This document shows, in pieces, positions 29,787 through 38,413 of a stretch of DNA of 64,000 bases. The stretch is taken from positions 202,618,001 through 202,682,000 of the forward strand of contig NC_086100.1 in the NCBI RefSeq assembly GCF_963921235.1, given 5' to 3'. The first letter of the stretch is position 1. Every line of letters begins with the position of its first letter. The notes beneath the pieces were generated by a model. That model did no database searches and was not told where the DNA came from. It saw only the letters and a list, made by a program, of their open reading frames with translations. The DNA is from Mobula hypostoma. Its lineage: Eukaryota. Made by a program: the position numbers and the translations under genes.

Positions 29787-30393
29787 TGGTGTAAAGTGGG
29801 CGGGGAGATTTCTGGTGTAAAGTGGGCGGGGAGATTTCTGGCCTAAGGTGGGCAGGGAGATTTCCAGCGTAAAGTGGGCAGGGAGATTTCCGGCGTAAGG
29901 TGGGCAGGGAGATTTCTGGCATAAAGTGGGCAGGGAGATTTCCAGTCTAAAGTGGGCAGGGAGATTTCCGGCGTAAAGTGGGCAGGGAGATTTCCGGCGT
30001 AAGGTGGGCAGGGAGATTTCTGGCATAAAGTGGGCAGGGAGATTTCCGGTCTAAAGTGGGCAGGGAGATTTCCGGCGTAAAGTGGGCAGGGAGATTTCCG
30101 GCCTAAGGTGGGCGGGGAGATTTCCGGCGTAAAGTGGGCGGGGAAATTCCCGGCGCAAAATGGGCAGGGAGATTTCCGGTCTAAAGTGGGCAGGGAGATT
30201 TCCGGCGTAAAGTGGGCAGGGAGATTTCCGGCGTAAAGTGGGCAGGGAGATTTCCGGCCTAAGGTGGGCAGGGAGATTTCCGGCCTAAGGTGGGCGGGGA
30301 GATTTCTGGTGTAAGGTGGGCGGGGAGATTTCCGGTGTAAAGTGGGTGGGGAGATTTCTCGTGTAAAGTGGGCGGGGAGATTTTTGGTGTAAG
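29787..30393. repeat. 26-bp G-rich minisatellite, ~23 copies (AAAGTGGGCAGGGAGATTTCCGGCGT)
   Basis: Period read directly; the minus-strand translation repeats every 26 aa (three units). Confidence 0.96.
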
Positions 30394-30589
30394 GCGAGCA
30401 GGGGTTGTGCTGAGTAGGGATTTGGCAGTGACTGAAGGTGTACAGGGGGCTGAGAAAAAGACAACTAGGTAGGGGAAGGGAGCAGGTCTGCAGTTGGAGG
30501 GTAGTGACAGGTGGATGATGAGGCTGGCGTGGAGCCGTGATCCAACCCTGCTCCCAATTCTCTTTTCTCTCCCGTTTCAATCCCCATAG

Positions 30590-31285
30590 GCCTTCTCCCT
30601 CAACCCTGGCCCACCAGAGATCCACAGTCGTGGCAGCTGTGCCGTGGGGACAAAGAGTGGAGCTGCCACGATATCCGTTACCACGGTACACCTCTGCTGA
30701 TTTCCCGGTTACACCTGTGTCTGCTGTCGTGTACTGGTGGGCAGGCTAGAACTCTGTTCCTCAGAAGCTGGTGCTGAGGCGAGCTTCAGCTCAGTTTCGG
30801 GGTTGTAGTCTGCACTGCAGGTCTGCGTGGAGCTTGTCGATAGCAGTACAGAGCGTTTGTTTGATAAAGCTTCTGCCCTTTGGGCTTGGCACTTCAAGCT
30901 CATAAGTTTGGCATCCAAGGATTGGGTTCGTGGCCTTGTGAAGTGACTCTCTCCAGCACAGAGACCCTGGGCATTCCAGTCCTTATCTGTCGGCTGGAGG
31001 TCAAATGCATGGCGTTGTATCCAGTCCGTGCAGAGGCCATCTCTCTCTGAAACCACACCACCACAGAGCAAGGGGACAGTGCTTTTACACACTCGCTTCT
31101 GAGAGTTCTCAAAAAGTGCGTACCAGGGGGGCAGGGTTCCATCTCTGTAGCCAGCGTCTGTCTGAATGTGGCCGCTCAGCATGTCCACAGCAGGGTCAGT
31201 GTTGTCTGCGGAGTCAATAACTGGAATCGGAAGGGAGAATATCCAATTACACACAAACAATAAATGACCTGACTGTCCAGCTGTG
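30590..31285 (+). other. Candidate terminal exon (strong acceptor, short ORF, putative 3' UTR, AATAAA at 31259-31264)
   Basis: TTCTCTTTTCTCTCCCGTTTCAATCCCCATAG| acceptor, followed by unique sequence and a polyadenylation signal; product not recognised. Confidence 0.3.
30709..31220 (-). CDS. Candidate coding exon (~170 aa, Ser/Thr-rich C-terminus, unknown product)
   Basis: Longest non-repeat ORF in the window (30709..31260), with an acceptor-like ATTCTCCCTTCCGATTCCAG| just upstream of 31220; no recognisable domain. Confidence 0.3.
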
Positions 31286-33537
31286 TGTGGAAAGTCACAG
31301 AAATTCAGAGTTCAGGAGGTGGCCAGTTACAGACCTGGGGAACATGCCTCAAAAGCTGATCATTCCTGGCTCTGCCCTTGATCTCACCCTACTGCCCCGA
31401 AATAATTTATCCCATTGTCACAAAACAGGCAATTCTGCCTACAACTAAACGTCTCCTAGCCCCTTTCATTGGGTAGAGGGCTGCTGCCTCTCCATCCCTG
31501 AACAAGCCACAGGTCACTCGGACATGCGACCCAGGACATCGCTCTGCCCAGCAAACTGCCCTGATCCACACATATGTACCCTCTCACTGTCTCACAGACC
31601 GCCATGAGACCTGTGAGCGGAGCCCTCCTCCTCTCTATGGTACCTTGTGCACAGAAATCTCAGATCCCCCCAACAACATCTACTTTATTGTAGATCACAA
31701 ACTGGAATCACAGCAACAGAATCTGGAAATGAGTAATAATAACAGAGTTGTCATGATGGGAGATTTTCATTTCCCAAATATTGATTGGCATCTCCCTAGA
31801 GTGAGGGGTTTAGATGGGGTGCAGTTTATTAGGTGTATTCAGGAAGGTTTCTTGACACAATATGTAGGTAAGCCTACAAGAGGAGAGGCTGTACATGATC
31901 TGGTATTGGGAAATGAACCTGGTCAGGTGTCAGATCTCTCAGTGGGAGAGCATTTTGGAGATAGTGATCACAGTTCTATCTCCTTTACCATAGTATTGGA
32001 CAGGGATAGGAACAGACAAGTTAGGGAAACATTTAATTAGAGTAAGGGGAAATATGAGGCTATCAGGCAGGAACATGGAAGCATAAATTGGAAACATATT
32101 CTCAGGGAAACATACGTAAGAAATGCGGCAAATGTTCAGGGGATATTTGTGTGGGGTTCTGAGTAGGTACGTTCCAATGAAACATGGAAAGGATGGGAGT
32201 TGTATGACATGTATAGGAAGCAGGGAGTAAATAAGGTGCTTGAGGAGTATAAGAAGTTCAAGAAAATACTTAAGAAAGAAATCAGGAGGGCTAAAAAGAA
32301 GACATGAGGTTGCCTTGGCAGTCAAAGTGAAGGATAATCCAAAGAGCTTTTACAGGTATATTAAGAGCAAAAGGATTGTAAGGGATAAAATTGGTCCTCT
32401 TGAAGATCAGAGTGGTCACCTATGTGCGGAACCAAAGGAAATGGGGGAGATCTTACATAGGTTTTTTGCGTCTGTATTTACTAAGGAAACTGGCATGAAG
32501 TCTATGGAATTAAGGGAAACAAGTAGTGAGATCATGGAAACTGTACAGATCGAAAAGGAGGAGGTTCTTGCTGTCTTGAGGAAAATTAAAGTGGATAAAT
32601 CCCCGGGACCTGACAGAGTGTTCCCTCGGACCTTGAAGGAGACTAGTGTTGAAATTGCAGGGGCCCTGGCTGAAATATTTAAAATGTCGCTGTCTACAGG
32701 TGAGGTGCCAGAGGATTGGAGAGTGGCTTATGTTGTTCCGTTGCTTAAAAAAGGATCAAAAAGTAATCCGGGAAATTATAGGCCAGTAAGTTTAACGTCG
32801 GTAGTAGGTAAGTTATTAGAGGGAGTACTAAGAGACAGAATCTACAAGCATTTGGATAGACAGGGACTTATTAGGGAGAGTCAACATGGCTTTGTGCGTG
32901 GTAGGTCATGTTTGACCAATCTATTGGAGTTTTTCGAGGAGGTTACCAGGAAAGTGGATGAAGGGAAGGCAGTGGATATTGTCTACATGGACTTCAGTAA
33001 GGCCTTTGACAAGGTCCCGCATGGGAGGTTAGTTAGGAAAATTCAGTCGCTCGGTATACATGGAGAGGTGGTAAATTGGATTAGACATTGGCTCAATGGA
33101 AGAAGCCAGAGAGTGGTGGTAGAGAATTGCTTCTCCGAGTGGAGGCCTGTGACTAGTGGTGTGCCACAGGGATCAGTGCTGGGTCCATTGTTATTTGTCA
33201 TCTATATCAATGATCTGGATGATAATGTGGTAAATTGGATCAGCAAATTTGCTGATGATACAAAGATTGGAGGTGTAGTAGACAGTGAGGAAGGTTTTCA
33301 GAGCCTGCAGAGGGACTTGGACCAGCTGGAAAAATGGGCTGAAAAATGGCAGATGGAGTTTAATACAGACAAGTGTGAGGTATTGCACGTTGGAAGGACA
33401 AACCAAGGTAGAACATACAGGGTTAATGGTAGGGCACTGAGGAGTGCAGTGGAACAGAGGGATCTGGGAATACAGATACAAAATTCCCTAAAAGTGGCGT
33501 CACAGGTAGATAGGGTCGTATAGAGAGCTTTTGGTAC

Positions 33538-34416
33538 TGTTACGAGAATACACATAAAATTAAGATGTTTGCTGGCCTGGGCTAGCATCAGTGGCATCAG
33601 CAGTTGGTCTGCCACCTGCCCTCAGGGGAAGGAGAGATAAGGAACAATGGAGCAGCGTCTGGAGATGTGTAATGAAGGGATGTGGGAGAGAGAGCTGTCT
33701 GGAGCGGCTCCCCCTTTGAACCCTGAACTGTTTGAAGTGATGGACAGGCGATACCCCAGCAGGGGGATAAAAAGGGGACAGGTTCGCTAAGACAGACACA
33801 CACGCCACCCGAGGTAACGAGACCCTGGAAGCGGTACGCTTCTCACGAGTGGGTGAGAAGTACCAGACAACGACCAGGGTGGAAAGGTACGATCAGCGGG
33901 AACCCGGTGTGTGTCCGCCCTTGCCTGGGTGCCGGGTTCACTGCAGAGGATCGACCGCATCTGGAGGAGGGGTCACAGTCGGTGACCTCAGGTGACATCA
34001 CCAAGGACCTGCCCAAAAGCTGTTTGTGAGCCATCTCGCTGGTCTGTGAGCCATCTCGCTGGTCTGTGAGTGAAGCCGTTCTGAATGATCAGTTGTTCCT
34101 GTTCTATGTCTCTCTTCCCCCACGTTGTCCATCGCCATGGCAACGATTACTGCGAACTGAACTACAAACTGGACTGAACTTTGAGTCATTTTGAAATTGG
34201 TCATTTACCCCTAGACAACGATAGAGCTTGATTGATGCTGTTATCTTACTTCTGTGCACATGTGTGTTTATCATCACTGAATTGTTGCATTTATTATCCT
34301 TTCGATTACTGTGTTGCTTGTTTCTTTAATAAAACTTTCTTAGTTCTAGTACTCCAGACTCCAACTGAGTGATCCATTTCTGCTGGTTTGGCAACCCAGT
34401 TACGGGGTACGTAACA
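33538..34416 (+). repeat. 5' LTR (879 bp)
   Basis: Direct repeat of 37535-38413 (offset 3997). Has 7-bp terminal inverted repeats, AATAAA at 34328-34333 and an internal 20-bp tandem duplication at ~34,025-34,070. Confidence 0.97.
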
Positions 34417-34420
34417 TAAG

Positions 34421-34439
34421 TGGGGTTCTCGTCCGCGAT
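34421..34439 (+). promoter_or_regulatory. Primer-binding site, tRNA-Pro-like (imperfect)
   Basis: TGGGGTTCTCGTCCGCGAT lies 4 nt after the 5' LTR; the canonical Pro PBS is TGGGGGCTCGTCCGGGAT. Confidence 0.8.
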
Positions 34440-34515
34440 TTTGAACGCTAAATTTGGGACGGAGTAAATTGATTGGGTTAAAATTCCCGAAAGAAAGAAA
34501 AGACAAACAGCAGAA

Positions 34516-37362
34516 ATGGAGGTTGAGGAATTTATAAAGGCGCCGACCTTGGAGGCATTAGAGGATGCCAGGAAATCGGAATTGATAGCTGTGGCCAAAC
34601 GGGTGAATCTTGCTAAGGTGAAGTCGACAATGAGGAGAGAGGAGATACACAGAGCTATTGTAGAGCACTATGTATCTAAAGGTGTGTTTCCCCAAGGTGA
34701 GCTGGGGGAGGTGTCTATTGAAAAACCTGCTGGAGACGCGGTACAGGTACAGCTTGAAAAACTGAGACTCGAGCACGAGTTCCGGGTACGGCAGTTAGAA
34801 CACGAAGAGAAGCAGTTAGAAAGGCAGGAGAGAGAGTTAGAAAGGCGAGAGAGAGAAAGACAGTTGGAGAGAGAAGAGAGAGAGAGGGACAGACAGTTGG
34901 AGAGAGAGGAGAAACAGAGGGAAAGGGAATTTGAGCTGGAGAAGTTAAAGATAAGGGCCGAGCAGGGGCTCGTGCCGAACCAAGGTGGAGGGTTCCGGGC
35001 GACCCAGGAGGTTAGGCTGGTTCCCCCATTTGACGATACCGATGTGGATCGGTACTTTCTCCATTTCGAAAAAGTGGCCATAAGTCAGGACTGGCCAAGG
35101 GATAAGTGGGTTGTTTTACTTCAGAGTGTACTGAAAGGGAAAGCCCAACAAGCTTACTCCGCTTTATCCGCGGAAGATGCCCAGAAGTATGAGGTGGTGA
35201 AGGAGGCCATCCTCAGGATTTATGAGTTGGTCCCGGAGGCATACCGGCAGAGGTTCCGGAATGCGAGGAAGCGGTGGGACTGCACGTATTTGGAGTTTGC
35301 TCGCGAGATGCAAACATATTGTGAGCGTTGGTGCGCCTCGAAGGGGGTAGAGGGGGATTATGACAGACTGCTGCAGCTGATTCTGATTGAGCAGTTTAAA
35401 GGTTGTGTCCCTGAGGGTATGAGACCCTACCTCGATGAGAAAGAGGCAGCCACGTTAGCCGCAACTGCTAAGTTAGCGGATGAGTATGCGTTGACGCATA
35501 AAATGAAGGTTGCCCCGAGTAAAGGCTACCAGAAGGGTAGTCAGGACGGCGGGAAGAGTCCACCGGAAAAGTCAGAAAGTAAGCCGGGGACTAGTGAAAA
35601 GGATAAGGTAGACCGGGAGCAGTCTAGTAGGAAGTCTCCTGGGGTCGTCTGTTATAATTGTGGGAAAGTCGGACACTTTGCGTCCAGGTGCTTTGCCCCA
35701 AGGAAGGAGACGGGGAAAGGAAAAGCGGAAATTTTGAATGGCTGTATCGAGCTGTTAAGCGAACCGCTAGGGAAGGACAGGTCTGAAAAAGTCCAGGAAG
35801 GGCGCGAGAGGTTTATCTCGGCCGGACTGGTGTCAGTGAAGGAGGGGTTAAAACCAGTTCCAGTGCGGATCTGGAGAGACACGGGAGCGTGTCAGTCACT
35901 AATACTGAAGAGTGTATTAGAGTTTAGCTCAGAGACCCAGACTGGGGAGGTAGAGGTCAAAGGTGTTGGGGAAGGGACAGAGTCAGTCCCTTTGCACCAG
36001 ATACACTTACAGAGCAACCTGGTCTCTGGACTAGTCACGATTGGGGTGAGGTCCGAATTACCGATGAAAGACGTGGAAGTCTTGCTCGGTAATGACATCG
36101 CCGGAGGAATCGTGTTCCCAGTCGTGAGATTGACGGGTCAGCCTGCCAGCATGGAGGCCCCGCCCGCGATGGTGAATTTGGCTGAAACATTTCTGCCAAC
36201 CTTGTATGAGACAGGGTGTAGTGAGATAAGAGGTAGTGAGGGAGCTGGGACGGACGTAGCAGTAGCCAGGAAAGAATTTGTGCAGACGCAGGAGCGAGAC
36301 GAGGGGCTGATGGTTTTTGCCGAGACCGCTCTCTCTGACACAGCCTTGACAAGGGAACTAGTAGGCTATTGTGCGGATGAGGAAGTGCTAAGGAAGAAAG
36401 GGAAATCAAGGACAGTATCCGCAGATGAGGAGTGGGGGGTGGTGCAAAAGAGTTATGGGGATGAGGTTTTTAACATGGCCCACGAGGTACCCCCCGGTGG
36501 ACATTTTGCGGTGCTGGAGGAAACAGTTGGTGGAATCATGAAAGAGAGTTACCGGCTGCCCAGGGGGAAAAATGTTATTGATCATGACCGACGCGAACTG
36601 AGACGGTCACCGGCTTTTGATATGCTAACAAACCTAGTCGGTGTTAGCGTGGAAATCAATGAAGCTAGGGGCCCCCTGATAAGAGGAAAAAACCATTTTG
36701 AAAAGATTAGGATGGGATCGGTCAGATGGGAGAAGGCTATTCTTTTGGCCAGGTCTACTGATAAGGTCTCTCCCTTAATCCCCGAAGGAGTAATTAAACG
36801 ACTCGCACCTATGTGTTTGATTGTCCCGAGGAAATGCAAAGAACTGGGACGTTGGGTGATTGTGGTTACAATAGGGCAGCCAAGCAAACAACACCCATAT
36901 TTTTCGAGTAATTCAGTGACTAAAGGGCTGATGAACACAGAGGTGTGTATTGGCAATTTAATACGGCTGTCTGAAGCCAGCTTGATAGTGAACCTTGAAA
37001 AAAATGAATTCGGCCACACGAAGGTCACTTACCTGGGAATTGTGGTGACACAGGGGCAGCTGGCAGTGATGCAAGCTGCAGTGCAGGCTATCGCTGACCT
37101 CCCAACCCCGACAGACAAGAGGGCCCTCAGAAGGCTCTTGGAGATGGTGGGGTACTGCAGGAAGTTTTGCAATAACTCTGCGGTCAATACCCGTCCCCCT
37201 CCTACTAAGCCCTTGCGAGAGAAAATTGAGTCGGAATGGGACGACCCTTGTTGTTGTGGTCCGGGACAAAATCAAATGAGAGGTTACATTGGTCGCAATT
37301 CATCAGTGTTTTTGGCCACTATGAAGTTTGCTGAGTTGGAGCCTGGTCTAAGGGATTATTAA
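34516..37362 (+). CDS. Gag-protease polyprotein with degenerate integrase/RT tail (948 aa): coiled coil, SCAN-like capsid domain, CCHC zinc knuckle, aspartic protease
   Basis: PEAYRQRFR...LILIEQF (SCAN-like), CYNCGKVGHFASRC, RDTGACQS and LLGND (protease), AHEVPPGGH (integrase Zn-binding N-terminus), and NLEKNEFG..VTYLG and LLEMVGYCRKF (RT C-terminus). Confidence 0.92.
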   Translation: MEVEEFIKAPTLEALEDARKSELIAVAKRVNLAKVKSTMRREEIHRAIVEHYVSKGVFPQGELGEVSIEKPAGDAVQVQLEKLRLEHEFRVRQLEHEEKQLERQERELERRERERQLEREERERDRQLEREEKQREREFELEKLKIRAEQGLVPNQGGGFRATQEVRLVPPFDDTDVDRYFLHFEKVAISQDWPRDKWVVLLQSVLKGKAQQAYSALSAEDAQKYEVVKEAILRIYELVPEAYRQRFRNARKRWDCTYLEFAREMQTYCERWCASKGVEGDYDRLLQLILIEQFKGCVPEGMRPYLDEKEAATLAATAKLADEYALTHKMKVAPSKGYQKGSQDGGKSPPEKSESKPGTSEKDKVDREQSSRKSPGVVCYNCGKVGHFASRCFAPRKETGKGKAEILNGCIELLSEPLGKDRSEKVQEGRERFISAGLVSVKEGLKPVPVRIWRDTGACQSLILKSVLEFSSETQTGEVEVKGVGEGTESVPLHQIHLQSNLVSGLVTIGVRSELPMKDVEVLLGNDIAGGIVFPVVRLTGQPASMEAPPAMVNLAETFLPTLYETGCSEIRGSEGAGTDVAVARKEFVQTQERDEGLMVFAETALSDTALTRELVGYCADEEVLRKKGKSRTVSADEEWGVVQKSYGDEVFNMAHEVPPGGHFAVLEETVGGIMKESYRLPRGKNVIDHDRRELRRSPAFDMLTNLVGVSVEINEARGPLIRGKNHFEKIRMGSVRWEKAILLARSTDKVSPLIPEGVIKRLAPMCLIVPRKCKELGRWVIVVTIGQPSKQHPYFSSNSVTKGLMNTEVCIGNLIRLSEASLIVNLEKNEFGHTKVTYLGIVVTQGQLAVMQAAVQAIADLPTPTDKRALRRLLEMVGYCRKFCNNSAVNTRPPPTKPLREKIESEWDDPCCCGPGQNQMRGYIGRNSSVFLATMKFAELEPGLRDY

Positions 37363-37522
37363 TAACACGTGTAAAAGGAACAGAAAATGTGATGACTGTC
37401 TGTCAAGGTGTTGACAGCTTCAAATTCTCTGTATTAGCCAAATAGCTGATAAAGATGTATATTGTGCATGTATCAGATAATGTAGTCATGTTTGTAATTT
37501 TTACCTCCCGGTAAAAATCCTT

Positions 37523-37534
37523 AAAGGGGGGAAG
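37523..37534 (+). promoter_or_regulatory. Polypurine tract
   Basis: AAAGGGGGGAAG immediately precedes the 3' LTR. Confidence 0.9.
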
Positions 37535-38413
37535 TGTTACGAGAATACACATAAAATTAAGATGTTTGCTGGCCTGGGCTAGCATCAGTGGCATCAGCAG
37601 TTGGTCTGCCACCTGCCCTCAGGGGAAGGAGAGATAAGGAACAATGGAGCAGCGTCTGGAGATGTGTAATGAAGGGATGTGGGAGAGAGAGCTGTCTGGA
37701 GCGGCTCCCCCTTTGAACCCTGAACTGTTTGAAGTGATGGACAGGCGATACCCCAGCAGGGGGATAAAAAGGGGACAGGTTCGCTAAGACAGACACACAC
37801 GCCACCCGAGGTAACGAGACCCTGGAAGCGGTACACTTCTCACGAGTGGGTGAGAAGTACCAGACAACGACCAGGGTGGAAAGGTACGATCAGCGGGAAC
37901 CCGGTGTGTGTCCGCCCTTGCCTGGGTGCCGGGTTCACTGCAGAGGATCGACCGCATCTGGAGGAGGGGTCACAGTCGGTGACCTCAGGTGACATCACCA
38001 AGGACCTGCCCAAAAGCTGTTTGTGAGCCATCTCGCTGGTCTGTGAGCCATCTCGCTGGTCTGTGAGTGAAGCCGTTCTGAATGATCAGTTGTTCCTGTT
38101 CTATGTCTCTCTTCCCCCACGTTGTCCATCACCATGGCAACGATTACTGCGAACTGAACTACAAACTGGACTGAACTTTGAGTCATTTTGAAATTGGTCA
38201 TTTACCCCTAGACAACGATAGAGCTTGATTGATGCTGTTATCTTAATTCTGTGCACATGTGTGTTTATCATCACTGAATTGTTGCATTTATTATCCTTTC
38301 GATTACTGTGTTGCTTGTTTCTTTAATAAAACTTTCTTAGTTCTAGTACTCCAGACTCCAACTGAGTGATCCATTTCTGCTGGTTTGGCAACCCAGTTAC
38401 GGGGTACGTAACA
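37535..38413 (+). repeat. 3' LTR (879 bp)
   Basis: Copy of the 5' LTR with three substitutions found by eye; followed by the GTAC TSD. Confidence 0.97.

Larger units (their letters stand above)
33538..38413 (+). mobile_element. Gmr1-like Ty3/Gypsy LTR retrotransposon, internally deleted (non-autonomous), 4,876 bp
   Basis: Two 879-bp LTRs (TGTTACG...CGTAACA), GTAC TSD (33534-33537 / 38414-38417), PBS, PPT and a gag-pro ORF with the integrase remnant upstream of the RT remnant. Confidence 0.96.

Noticed and set aside
29843..30691. 282-aa minus-strand ORF with PEISLPTL repeats
   Set aside because: Mostly read-through of the 26-bp minisatellite, which is stop-poor on that strand; no domain evidence.
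34516..37362. Domesticated host SCAN/zinc-finger gene or endogenous retrovirus
   Set aside because: It is flanked by near-identical LTRs, PBS, PPT and TSD, has no C2H2 array and no env, and its domain order is Gmr1-like Gypsy.
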